Made by a program: the position numbers and the translations under genes. Shown piece by piece: positions 1-9,226 of a stretch of 56,985 nucleotides of DNA (its first letter is position 1; every line of letters starts with the position of its first letter). The notes under the pieces were generated by a model. That model did no database searches and was not told the origin of the DNA. It worked only from the letters and a program-made list of their open reading frames with translations. This stretch comes from Fidelibacterota bacterium (lineage in GTDB: Bacteria > Fidelibacterota > UBA8477 > JABMPR01): contig JAIPGJ010000004.1 in assembly GCA_021736185.1 (NCBI GenBank), forward strand, positions 1 through 56,985. Reading direction: 5' to 3'.

Positions 1-1
1 A

Positions 2-133
2 AAAGGGTCTTTGGGATACCGGATTTCGGATATTATGCCCTGGGTGATGGAATCTCAGCCATTTTTAAAAGAAATCCGGGCCAAATCAACCCGGTTTATA
101 AGAGAAAACATCGATATCGACAGTTGGACCTGA
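2..133 (+). CDS. Possible 3' end of an upstream gene (partial, unknown product)
   Basis: Frame 2 is open from the window edge to TGA at 131-133 (...KEIRAKSTRFIRENIDIDSWT); no recognisable motif. Confidence 0.3.
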   Translation, partial: KGSLGYRISDIMPWVMESQPFLKEIRAKSTRFIRENIDIDSWT

Positions 134-282
134 TTTTTATCTGATATATCGGGGGAAGTCCTGGACAAGCGCATCATTCAGAATAAATGGCTGAATCCAG
201 ATTTATCGACTTGAGAGAAGAAATCCCCTGCAATATTCATCTATCCCCTTAAATGGTCAGAATTTTTCGATTAAGTTGAGGG

Positions 283-1551
283 ATGAATATCTTCTGGTTC
301 AGACGAGATTTAAGATTGAATGACAATACGGCCTTGCATGCTGCTTTAAAATCGGGAAGCGTTCAACCGATATTCATTTTTGACAGATCAATACTTGATA
401 GACTAGTTCCCGATGATGCTCGATTGTCCTTCATTCATGATTCACTGCAAGCAATAAATGATGAGTTAGCCCACTATCGCTCAGCAATTAAAACCTATTA
501 TGGTGATCCCGAAGCAATTTGGTCGCATATTATAAGTACCACTGAAGTGGACAGCGTGTTTTACAACAAGGATTATGAGCCCTATGCTTTAAACAGGGAT
601 AAAAAAATACATAAGTTGCTTCAGGGCCATCAAATCCCTTTCAAGGGCTTCAAGGATCAGGTTGTTTTTGAAGAGAACGAGGTGATGAAGGGAGATGGAA
701 ATCCATATACGATTTTTACCTCCTATAAAAACAAGTGGCTCAGTCAATATTCTGGTGTCGATATCGCGGAATATTCGAAGCTATATAAAAATTTTCTTCC
801 TTGCTCTGATTCCTTGATTCCCTTGGACGAACTCGGTTTTACAAGATCGAATGTGCGAGTAAAACCATACCGATTCTCAGGTCTGAATGATTATCATCTT
901 GTCAGAGATTACCCGGCCAGGAACCAGACTTCATTTCTAAGTCCCCATTTACGATTTGGTACCATTTCGGTGAGGGAAAGTGTGAATAATGCCTCTCTTA
1001 TCAATGATACCTTCCTGTCGGAATTAATCTGGAGAGAATTTTTTATGCAAATTCTCTTTCACTTTCCCCATGTTGTGGATCGATGTTTTAAACCAAAATA
1101 TGAGACCATAGCATGGCGCAACGATAAGCAGGAATTTGAAGCCTGGTGTCGTGGAGAAACAGGCTACCCACTGGTGGATGCCGGGATGCGGCAACTCAAT
1201 GAAACGGGCACCATGCATAATCGAGTCCGTATGGTCACCGCGAGTTTTCTAGTGAAACATCTGCTCATTGATTGGCGGTGGGGTGAATCCTACTTTGCAA
1301 AAAAATTGTTAGACTATGACCTTGCAGCCAATAACGGGAATTGGCAATGGGCGGCAGGCACTGGATGTGATTCGGCACCCTATTTTAGAATTTTCAACCC
1401 CATTGAGCAGCTCAAAAAATTTGACGGGTCCCTGACTTATACCAAAACCTGGGTGAAAGATCTTGATAAATCGACCTATCCGCAGGCTATGGTGGATCAC
1501 AAATACGCCAGGCTGAGATGTTTGAGTGTGTATAAGTCAGCTCTACAGTGA
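283..1551 (+). CDS. phrB: Deoxyribodipyrimidine photolyase (photolyase/cryptochrome family)
   Basis: WFRRDLRLNDN start; SPHLRFG, LIWREFF, GETGYPLVDAGMRQL, MHNRVRM, NNGNWQW FAD-binding motifs. Confidence 0.95.
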   Translation: MNIFWFRRDLRLNDNTALHAALKSGSVQPIFIFDRSILDRLVPDDARLSFIHDSLQAINDELAHYRSAIKTYYGDPEAIWSHIISTTEVDSVFYNKDYEPYALNRDKKIHKLLQGHQIPFKGFKDQVVFEENEVMKGDGNPYTIFTSYKNKWLSQYSGVDIAEYSKLYKNFLPCSDSLIPLDELGFTRSNVRVKPYRFSGLNDYHLVRDYPARNQTSFLSPHLRFGTISVRESVNNASLINDTFLSELIWREFFMQILFHFPHVVDRCFKPKYETIAWRNDKQEFEAWCRGETGYPLVDAGMRQLNETGTMHNRVRMVTASFLVKHLLIDWRWGESYFAKKLLDYDLAANNGNWQWAAGTGCDSAPYFRIFNPIEQLKKFDGSLTYTKTWVKDLDKSTYPQAMVDHKYARLRCLSVYKSALQ

Positions 1552-1765
1552 CCAGGTGAGCGAAAACTCGTGAGGATAGCTTCCCCAGCTTGCTCTGGAG
1601 CTTTTTAGGGGATTGAACCTCGTTCCGCTAAGCGGAACTCTGCCCCAATGAGCCGCCTGCAACTGTGGCTAGAGTAAATATTATTATCTTTTCGTGCTCT
1701 GTGATCTCTGTGGTTAACAAAGCTTCGTGAATTTCGTCTTATTCGTTGTGAGAATGGTATAAAAC

Positions 1766-1793
1766 AAAAAAGCCCCTGATTACTCAGGAGCTT
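1766..1793 (-). terminator. Intrinsic terminator downstream of tRNA-Asp
   Basis: Minus strand AGCTCCTGA-GTAA-TCAGGGGCT followed by a T run. Confidence 0.8.
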
Positions 1794-1797
1794 CTTG

Positions 1798-1872
1798 CGG
1801 GACCGACCGGGATCGAACCGGCGACCTCCGGCTTGACAGGCCGGCGTTCTAACCAAGCTGAACTACGATCCC
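1798..1872 (-). tRNA. tRNA-Asp (GTC), CCA not encoded
   Basis: Reverse complement GGGATCGTAGTTCAGCTTGGTTAGAACGCCGGCCTGTCAAGCCGGAGGTCGCCGGTTCGATCCCGGTCGGTCCCG folds as a cloverleaf with GTC anticodon and GTTCGA T-loop. Confidence 0.97.
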
Positions 1873-1879
1873 AAATATT

Positions 1880-2119
1880 TCAAGCGGCTTTGTCTTTTTT
1901 CCTGTATAAGATAGCTAACGGAATAATTACCAGATAGCCTATGAGCAAGACAACGGGAGAAACGGACAGTGCTTGTACACTGTTTAACTCGCCTGTGCCC
2001 ATCAACACATAACCAAGAATAATGACAAGAAGCCCTGCTAGGAATAGAATATAATTTATACTCGTAAAAGGTAACTCAGAGAGCCAGTGTTTGGGGTCGT
2101 TGTTGCCTTCCTTCATCAT
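1880..2119 (-). CDS. Small two-TM membrane protein (DUF3098-like)
   Basis: NYILFLAGLLVIILGYVLM...SVSPVVLLIGYLVIIPLAIL pattern. Confidence 0.75.
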   Translation of the reverse strand: MMKEGNNDPKHWLSELPFTSINYILFLAGLLVIILGYVLMGTGELNSVQALSVSPVVLLIGYLVIIPLAILYRKKDKAA

Positions 2120-2193
2120 AGCGCGGCGAATATAGATGGTGACAAATAGGTGCGCAAATAAAAATCATTTATTTACATAATTATTTACACTCG

Positions 2194-2222
2194 TTGACAT
2201 GCCAAATGACCCCTTCTATATT
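2194..2222 (+). promoter_or_regulatory. Sigma70-type promoter for mltG-pcrA
   Basis: TTGACA-17 nt-TATATT, about 20 nt upstream of the start. Confidence 0.65.
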
Positions 2223-2242
2223 GACAGACTTTAGAAAGGAAT

Positions 2243-3271
2243 TTGTGTTTGAAAAGGATTCTGCGTACCGCTTTAACCGCACTCATTGTTCTATGTCTGG
2301 TATGTATAACCAGCTTGTATATTGTTTTTGACTCCAGACCAGTGAAGACTGATGATGGAATAGTCCAAATTATTATTCACGAGGGGAGCTCCCTGGCTTC
2401 CATCGCCCAACAGCTTTATGAAGCAAATATCATTTCTTCGCCTGAATCATTCAAAATAGCGGCCCGTTTGCTGAGGCGAACCCGTGCTATTTATCCTGGC
2501 TCATATATGATTCAAAAAGGTCTGAGCAATAGCGAAACCATTGAAGCGCTTGCCCATGCCAAGGCCATAGAAATTACAGTAACCATTCCAGAAGGCTTAC
2601 GCTCTGATGAAATTATAGGTCTTCTCAGTCGGAAATTGAATCTGGACTCGCTGAAAATGGTGGATTTACTTACTGATTCCACGCTATTACACATGGCCGA
2701 TCCTGGATTTACTCACCTCGAGGGGACCCTCTTTCCTGAGACCTATCGTTTTCTGGAAAATAGTGATGAATTTATGGTTTTGGCAAAATTGGTTGAACAT
2801 TTTAGAAAAAACATTACATCGGAAATTCTTGAGCAAGCGGCCACAATGGACTTTAATCTCAAGCGTCTCATTACCTTTGCTTCACTGGTCGAAAAAGAAA
2901 CAGCTCGCGAAGATGAACGCCGCCTGGTTTCATCTGTTTATCATAATCGGCTAAAAAAAAACATGCTCCTTAACTGCGATCCGACCGTCATTTATATGCT
3001 GGTGCGCAGGGGAGAGTGGAATGGCAATCTCCAGCGTAAACATTTTTTAATCCGAGACCCTTATAATAGTTATCTGCGGAGAGGGCTACCACCTGGCCCC
3101 ATAGCAAATCCCGGATTGGCCAGTATCCTAGCTGCACTGAATCCTGAAAAAACCGAGTTTTTGTATTTTGTTGGAAAGAATGATGGGACTGGTGCTCACG
3201 ATTTTTCTAAAACCCTTCGCGAGCACAATAATAAGGTGAATCGCTATCAACGCCGGAGTCCCTCTCAATGA
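2243..3271 (+). CDS. mltG: Endolytic transglycosylase MltG
   Basis: N-terminal TM; TIPEG, LEGTLFPETY, ASLVEKE, YNSY..GLPPGPIANPG, HDFSKTLREH. Confidence 0.93.
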   Translation: MCLKRILRTALTALIVLCLVCITSLYIVFDSRPVKTDDGIVQIIIHEGSSLASIAQQLYEANIISSPESFKIAARLLRRTRAIYPGSYMIQKGLSNSETIEALAHAKAIEITVTIPEGLRSDEIIGLLSRKLNLDSLKMVDLLTDSTLLHMADPGFTHLEGTLFPETYRFLENSDEFMVLAKLVEHFRKNITSEILEQAATMDFNLKRLITFASLVEKETAREDERRLVSSVYHNRLKKNMLLNCDPTVIYMLVRRGEWNGNLQRKHFLIRDPYNSYLRRGLPPGPIANPGLASILAALNPEKTEFLYFVGKNDGTGAHDFSKTLREHNNKVNRYQRRSPSQ

Positions 3272-5496
3272 ATAATGTCCTTGCTGGACTCAATCCTCAA
3301 CAACAAGCTGCAGTTGAAGCCCTTGAGGGACCGGTTCTCATTTTTGCCGGTGCCGGTAGTGGGAAAACACGGGTTCTGACCCATCGCATCGCAAATATAA
3401 TTTATAGTGGGACTGCCCAGCCCCATGAAATTCTGTCTGTTACCTTTACCAATAAGGCGGCCGGTGAAATGCGCGAGCGTATTAAGCGCATGCTGGGTGA
3501 AGATAGATCACATGTCAACATGGGTACTTTTCATTCGATTTGTGCCAGAATACTCAGACGTGAGGCTCTCTACATAGGATATGAGCAGAGCTTTAGCATT
3601 TATGATGATGAAGATGGTCAGAAGGTGGTCAAAAAGATTCTGAAAGATTTGCAAATCTCCACTGATGTAATCAAACCAAATTCAGTATTCTACAATATCA
3701 AACAATTCAAATCTCAGATGATATTTCCAGCTGAAGCGGCCGATCTTTCCATGTCCACCTTTGATGATACTGTGGCAAAAATATATGCCATTTATCAGAC
3801 TGAGCTGAAGAATAGCAGCGCCATGGATTTTGATGATCTTCTACTAAAACCACTGGAACTGTTTGAAAAGAACCCTCATATCCTGAAAAAATATCAGGAT
3901 CAGTATAGATATATCATGGTGGATGAATACCAGGATACCAACAAGGCTCAATTTCTGTTTGTAGAAGCCCTGAGCCACGAGCATAAAAATCTATGTGTGG
4001 TTGGTGACGATGATCAATCCATTTATGGCTGGCGGGGTGCTGATATTGGCAATATCCTTGATTTTCAACAACATTTTCCAGGGGCCAGGATATTTAAGCT
4101 TGAGCAGAACTACCGATCCACAAGAACTATCTTGGCGGCAGCCTCAGCGGTGGTGTCTCTCAATGAGAAAAGGGCGGCTAAGGAGCTCTTTACTGAAAGT
4201 GGTGACGGTGATATCATCAAGGTTCTGGAAGGCCGGAATGAGTTGGATGAAGGCCGCCTGATTGTTGATGAGATCCAATCTGTCTGTCGACGAAACAAAC
4301 ACGGTTTCCAGGATGTGGCCCTGCTCTATCGCACCAATGCCCAATCCCGTCCGCTTGAAGATGTATTGCGCAGAAATGGTGTGCCTTACCAAATCATTGG
4401 CGGTACCAAATTTTATGATCGTTTGGAAGTGAAAGACATCCTGGGATATTTTAGACTTATTGTGAATCCATTGGATAATATCAGTTTCATGCGGATTATT
4501 AATAAACCAACAAGGGGAATCGGGAAGACGAGCCAGGATGCCATCAATGCTTTTGCTATAGATCAGGGGATTTCTTTATTCAGTGCTGCTACGAGGGCCC
4601 AGGAATATGGATTGCCATCCAGAGCCTTCAACAAGGTGATTGAATTTGTCCAACTGATTGGCAAATATTCCAGCTTGCTCAATGAGTTGAATCTGGAGGA
4701 GTGGGCTCGCGTCTTTGTGGATGAGCTTGGATTTGTGAAGCAATATAAGGATGAGGGTACTGCTGAGAGTGAGGTCCGGGTTGACAATATCTATGAGTTA
4801 CTGTCTGCCATCTCTGAATATGCTCAACGGGTAGAAGACCCGAATTTGATAGGCTACATGGAAGAAGTCTCATTGCTCACTGATATTGATAAGTTCAATC
4901 AGGATAAACAACAAGTCACTTTAATGACCTTTCATAGCGCCAAAGGTCTGGAATTTCCCGTCGTTTTTTTAACTGGAATGGAGGATGGGCTCTTCCCCTT
5001 GCAGCGTTCAATCGACGATAATGAAGCGTTGGAAGAAGAACGAAGACTTTTTTATGTAGGCTTGACAAGGGCCATGGAGCGTGCATATTTAAGTGGTGCT
5101 CAAATGAGGCAACGATATGGAGAGACGATGTATAGTCGTCCATCACGTTTTCTGGAAGAGATACCTGCTCATTTATTAGACTATTCAACAAGAAGTATCA
5201 GTGGTTTTTCCCATGAGGAAATTCGCAAAAAACCTGGAGTAAAAGTGACTCGAACAAAACCCACCAAGTCAGCGCCCAAGCAGACAGCTGGAATGCGACG
5301 CGCGCTTGGCACCCTCAATGAGCATGAGCCGGGGGTATATGAGGCTGGGATGGAAGTCGGTCATAAAATCTTCGGCAAGGGCAAAATTCTCGTTGTAGAG
5401 GGGGCTGGTCCGGAAGCGAAAGTCACCGTGATGTTTCAGGGAAATGTGAAGAAAAAGTTGATTGCCAAGTTTGCCAATCTTGATGTTACAGATTAA
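3268..5496 (+). CDS. pcrA: ATP-dependent DNA helicase PcrA/UvrD
   Basis: LNPQQ, AGAGSGKT, VDEYQD, VVGDDDQSIYGWRGA, LEQNYRS, TFHSAKGLEF, EERRLFYVGLTRA; C-terminal Tudor-like domain. Confidence 0.96.
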   Translation: MNNVLAGLNPQQQAAVEALEGPVLIFAGAGSGKTRVLTHRIANIIYSGTAQPHEILSVTFTNKAAGEMRERIKRMLGEDRSHVNMGTFHSICARILRREALYIGYEQSFSIYDDEDGQKVVKKILKDLQISTDVIKPNSVFYNIKQFKSQMIFPAEAADLSMSTFDDTVAKIYAIYQTELKNSSAMDFDDLLLKPLELFEKNPHILKKYQDQYRYIMVDEYQDTNKAQFLFVEALSHEHKNLCVVGDDDQSIYGWRGADIGNILDFQQHFPGARIFKLEQNYRSTRTILAAASAVVSLNEKRAAKELFTESGDGDIIKVLEGRNELDEGRLIVDEIQSVCRRNKHGFQDVALLYRTNAQSRPLEDVLRRNGVPYQIIGGTKFYDRLEVKDILGYFRLIVNPLDNISFMRIINKPTRGIGKTSQDAINAFAIDQGISLFSAATRAQEYGLPSRAFNKVIEFVQLIGKYSSLLNELNLEEWARVFVDELGFVKQYKDEGTAESEVRVDNIYELLSAISEYAQRVEDPNLIGYMEEVSLLTDIDKFNQDKQQVTLMTFHSAKGLEFPVVFLTGMEDGLFPLQRSIDDNEALEEERRLFYVGLTRAMERAYLSGAQMRQRYGETMYSRPSRFLEEIPAHLLDYSTRSISGFSHEEIRKKPGVKVTRTKPTKSAPKQTAGMRRALGTLNEHEPGVYEAGMEVGHKIFGKGKILVVEGAGPEAKVTVMFQGNVKKKLIAKFANLDVTD

Positions 5497-5583
5497 CCTT
5501 ACTACCTAATCACTCAAAACAAACAAGCATATCACAGATCAGGGGATGTTCTGTTTAAAATTTCTGGGTTTAATCTAAATCTA

Positions 5584-5627
5584 AATGAGACTTATTTGCA
5601 CTTGTGTAGATGAGAATGAATCTTATC
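5584..5627 (+). promoter_or_regulatory. Two Fur-box-like sites upstream of fur-feoAB
   Basis: AATGAGACTTATTTGCACT (5584-5602) and imperfect 9-1-9 inverted repeat GATGAGAAT-G-AATCTTATC (5609-5627). Confidence 0.6.
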
Positions 5628-5650
5628 TTTGTCTGAGAGGAGAATAGATC

Positions 5651-6091
5651 ATGTCAGCTGCAGAAAACCAAGCCCTAAAAAAAGTGCTCCGAGAGCATGA
5701 GTTAAAAGCTACGAATCAGCGAGTGGCCCTACTGAAATTGCTGGATGCCACCAATGAACATTTTGATGCGGACGAGATTTATCTGGCATTACGGCAGAAA
5801 CAAAAAAATGTGAGCCGAGCGACAGTCTATCGGTCCCTGGAAGCTCTCGTCGAGCAGCATCTGGTGAGCCGTGTAGATTTTGGGGATGGACGGATGCGTT
5901 TTGAAAGGTGCCAGGACGAAGACGAGCACCATGATCATCTTATTTGTGAGAAATGTGGCCAGGTCATCGAGTTCTTCAACCTTGAAATGGAAGCTCAACA
6001 GCTATCTGTGTGTGAGGAGCATGATTTCACACCCTCAACCCACACAATGCACATCTTCGGAACCTGTGCTGAATGTAGAAAAAAGAATTAA
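5651..6091 (+). CDS. fur: Ferric uptake regulator
   Basis: SRATVYRSL helix-turn-helix, HHDHLICEKC, CAEC; leads the feo operon. Confidence 0.9.
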   Translation: MSAAENQALKKVLREHELKATNQRVALLKLLDATNEHFDADEIYLALRQKQKNVSRATVYRSLEALVEQHLVSRVDFGDGRMRFERCQDEDEHHDHLICEKCGQVIEFFNLEMEAQQLSVCEEHDFTPSTHTMHIFGTCAECRKKN

Positions 6092-6142
6092 GGTTCTGAT
6101 CAAGCCCATGCGGGACACTTTGTAGATATCTGGGAAACCTCT

Positions 6143-6424
6143 ATGTTTAATTTTAAAAGGCCACGGCATAAACTGAACATTATCAATGAAAATGATTTAC
6201 GTCTCAGCGATTTAAAACCGGGTGAGATAGGGCGCATTATTGAAATAGGGGGGAGTGAAAATTTTCGTTATCGCCTCATGGAAATGGGCATTACTCGCGA
6301 TGTTGAAATATGTGTGGACAAATATGCCCCGCTTCGAGATCCAATGGAACTCATCGTGAAGGGCTATCACCTGTCCTTACGTGGAATGGATGCTCAGAAA
6401 ATTGCTGTGAAGCGGATAGCCTGA
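6143..6424 (+). CDS. feoA: Ferrous iron transport protein A
   Basis: RLMEMGI, APLRDPM, LSLR motifs; directly precedes feoB. Confidence 0.92.
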   Translation: MFNFKRPRHKLNIINENDLRLSDLKPGEIGRIIEIGGSENFRYRLMEMGITRDVEICVDKYAPLRDPMELIVKGYHLSLRGMDAQKIAVKRIA

Positions 6425-6425
6425 C

Positions 6426-8699
6426 ATGAATTTCAATATTGCCGTCGCCGGAAATCCAAACTGTGGCAAAACCACCATATTTAATGCACTGACTGGCGCG
6501 AGACAGCGGGTTGGCAATTGGCCCGGCGTTACCGTAGAGAAAAAGACAGGACACTACAGTTTCTCAGAAATAAAATTTGATGTCGTTGATTTGCCTGGGA
6601 CTTACTCGTTATCTGCTTTTTCTGCTGAAGAGACAGTGGTTCGACAATATCTGGAAGACAAGCAAGCCGACGTCGTTGTCAATATTATTGACGCTTCCAA
6701 CCTGGAACGAAATCTCTTTTTAACCACTCAATTGATCGAATTGGGGAAACCCCTGGTCATTGTTCTGAACATGATGGACATGGCCCATGAAAAAGGTTTG
6801 CAAATTGATACGGATACACTGGCAACCTTATTAGGGGCTCCAGTCGTGCCAGTGGTAGGGCGTACTGGTGAAGGTATCGATCTTCTCAAAGAGAAAATAT
6901 TACGTGTCAGCACTGAAATATCGATGAAGGCTCGTTTTATTGACATCAGCTATCCAAGAGATATTGAACAAGAAATTGAGAAGCTCAGTCAGCTCATCCG
7001 AGCCAATGATGTCGATGCCAAATATAGCCGATGGACCAGTGTAAAACTTTTGGAAGCCGATAAACAAACCCGTGACCTCGTCCGCGAGTACAGCAATGGG
7101 ACTGGCATTCTTGAACAAGCAAAAATCTCCATCTCCAGGATAGAAGGTCTATTTCAAGACACTGGCCGGGCAGCCATCTCACATGCGCGATATGGGTTTA
7201 TCCAAGGAGCTCTGAGAGAGTGTGTCGTTGAAAGTCTGGTGGCTTCCGCAGATTACAGTCGCAAAATTGACCGTGTTCTAACAAATCGCTGGGCGGGCTT
7301 ACCTATATTTGGTCTTTTCATGTGGCTTATGTTCAAACTCACCTATGATATCGGTTCTATTCCTATGGACTGGATTGATGCTGGTCTTGTCGCCCTTATG
7401 AATTTCATGTCTGGTATGCTTCCGGACAGCATGTTTGCCAGTTTATTGATTGATGGGGTCATCGGGGGAGTTGGCGCCATTGCCGTATTTTTGCCTAATA
7501 TCTTCATACTATTCTTTATCATCGCGGTTCTGGAAGATTCTGGCTATATGGCCAGAGTGGCCTTCATCATGGATAGAGTCATGCACAATATTGGACTCCA
7601 TGGGAAAGCTTTTATACCTATGATCATGGGATTCGGTTGCAATGTACCGGCCATCATGGGAACCCGTATTTTAGAATCACGACGAGATCGCATTCTCACT
7701 GTGCTGATCAACCCCTTCATGAGTTGTTCAGCGCGACTCCCTGTTTATGTCCTTGTTGCAGGAGCCTTTTTCCCTGAAAATGCGGCAACTGTCATATTCT
7801 CAATGTATATCCTGGGCATCGTGGCTGCCATCGCCAGTGGAAAGCTTTTCAGTCGCACTATTTTAAAGGGGATGTCCAAACCATTTGTCCTGGAGTTACC
7901 ACCGTATCAACGTCCGACACTGCGTTCACTTACTCTGCATACCTGGGAGCGGGGATATCTTTTTATTCAGAAGATGGGAACGGTTATTCTGGTTGGCTCT
8001 GTCATTGTCTGGGTGCTGGGGTATTTCCCAAGAGAAGTTGAGTTGGAAAGAGATTATCAACAGGAAAGAATAACACTGACGGAAAACTATGATTCCCAAA
8101 TGATTGAGCTGGGGTCAAAATTCAAAAAATCGGTTTTTAAAGATCAACGAGCATACCACTCTGAGATGGTGGACTATGCAGCCAGCGCCAGTTACCAGGA
8201 ACTTTTTCATCAATTTCAGCTTTTGCAGGAAAACTTAGCCAGTGAAGAGCGCAAGGAACTGAACCAGCTTCGCCAACAAGAGATTGGGGATATTACGGAG
8301 CAAAAGTGGATCGGACGCGTGGGGAAATTATTTGAACCCATCGTAAGACCTCTGGGCTTCACCTGGCGCGAAAGTGTGGCCTTGATTACAGGATTTGTCG
8401 CCAAGGAAATCGTGGTTTCTACCTACGGAGTTCTGTTTGGTGTTGGAGAAGATGTTGATGAAGGGAGTCAGGGCGTTATCAGTGGATTAAGATCTTCTGG
8501 TATGACACCATTGGTTGCCTTAAGCTTTCTTGTCTTTACCTTACTTTATACCCCGTGCCTGGCCACAGTGGCTGCCATCAAGAGGGAAACGGGAACCTGG
8601 GCTTATACCCTGTTTTCCATTGGATATTCTCTGGTTCTTGCCTATTCGCTGGCTTTCGGTGTAGCATACTTTGGAGGGATGTTTAATTGGCTCACTTAA
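6426..8699 (+). CDS. feoB: Ferrous iron transport protein B
   Basis: GNPNCGKT, VGNWPGVTVE, DLPGTYSL, NMMD G-domain motifs; GFGCNVPA, PFMSCSARLP, LYTPC membrane motifs. Confidence 0.97.
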   Translation: MNFNIAVAGNPNCGKTTIFNALTGARQRVGNWPGVTVEKKTGHYSFSEIKFDVVDLPGTYSLSAFSAEETVVRQYLEDKQADVVVNIIDASNLERNLFLTTQLIELGKPLVIVLNMMDMAHEKGLQIDTDTLATLLGAPVVPVVGRTGEGIDLLKEKILRVSTEISMKARFIDISYPRDIEQEIEKLSQLIRANDVDAKYSRWTSVKLLEADKQTRDLVREYSNGTGILEQAKISISRIEGLFQDTGRAAISHARYGFIQGALRECVVESLVASADYSRKIDRVLTNRWAGLPIFGLFMWLMFKLTYDIGSIPMDWIDAGLVALMNFMSGMLPDSMFASLLIDGVIGGVGAIAVFLPNIFILFFIIAVLEDSGYMARVAFIMDRVMHNIGLHGKAFIPMIMGFGCNVPAIMGTRILESRRDRILTVLINPFMSCSARLPVYVLVAGAFFPENAATVIFSMYILGIVAAIASGKLFSRTILKGMSKPFVLELPPYQRPTLRSLTLHTWERGYLFIQKMGTVILVGSVIVWVLGYFPREVELERDYQQERITLTENYDSQMIELGSKFKKSVFKDQRAYHSEMVDYAASASYQELFHQFQLLQENLASEERKELNQLRQQEIGDITEQKWIGRVGKLFEPIVRPLGFTWRESVALITGFVAKEIVVSTYGVLFGVGEDVDEGSQGVISGLRSSGMTPLVALSFLVFTLLYTPCLATVAAIKRETGTWAYTLFSIGYSLVLAYSLAFGVAYFGGMFNWLT

Positions 8700-8878
8700 T
8701 TGATATCTTACTGGTGACTATTGCCGTGGTCACAGCCATCTATTTTACTATCAAGTACTTTTATAAGCTAGGAAAGGTCCCTGAGGGCTCATCCATCAGC
8801 TGTGCCGGCTGCAATTCTTCCTGCCACCCTGATATACCAGAAAATCCAACATTGGGGCTATTAAGAAAAACTAAATAA
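8687..8878 (+). CDS. FeoB-associated Cys-rich membrane protein
   Basis: One TM helix then CAGCNSSC; overlaps the feoB end. Confidence 0.7.
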   Translation: MAHLIDILLVTIAVVTAIYFTIKYFYKLGKVPEGSSISCAGCNSSCHPDIPENPTLGLLRKTK

Positions 8879-8882
8879 AGCC

Positions 8883-9218
8883 TTAACAGGGTCGAATGAC
8901 CCGGTCAGCCTGTGTCATGATTTCAACGGTCTGTTGCATTGAGCCGACCCCCCCGATCAAAAGCATATCGCGCACTTCGTAAAAGTCCAGGCAGGTCCCA
9001 CAGCTGGCAATTTGCGTCCCTCTGCCCTCCATGGTTTTTAAAGCGTCCAAGGCTTCGCCAGCTTGGGTTGTAAGGGCCACAGCTCCATTCACAACACCAA
9101 TAAAATCAATCCTGGCCTCAGAAGCAGCAAGTGTCTTAAGAAATGAGATCAGCAGCTTTTCACCGAGAATATCATCTCCTGTCCCCATCATTTTTGAATT
9201 CAGATATAAAAAATTCAT
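8883..9218 (-). CDS. DsrE-family protein resembling the YedF C-terminal domain
   Basis: MGTGDDILGEKL, SCGTCLDFY, VGSM motifs; no N-terminal TusA/SirA domain. Confidence 0.8.
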   Translation of the reverse strand: MNFLYLNSKMMGTGDDILGEKLLISFLKTLAASEARIDFIGVVNGAVALTTQAGEALDALKTMEGRGTQIASCGTCLDFYEVRDMLLIGGVGSMQQTVEIMTQADRVIRPC

Positions 9219-9226
9219 TGCTACTC

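Noticed and set aside
2-274. TGA read-through (Sec or recoding) in frame 2, with TGA at 131 and 212 and TAA at 272
   Set aside because: Many genes here end in TGA, no SECIS-like hairpin or redox motif was seen, and so few stops over this length is plausible by chance
1552-1797. Integrated element or att site at tRNA-Asp
   Set aside because: No integrase and no duplicated tRNA 3' end were seen in the window; GGGGATTGAACC near 1608 is too short to call a tRNA fragment
1605-1856. 83-aa minus-strand ORF
   Set aside because: It overlaps tRNA-Asp and its terminator, so it is spurious
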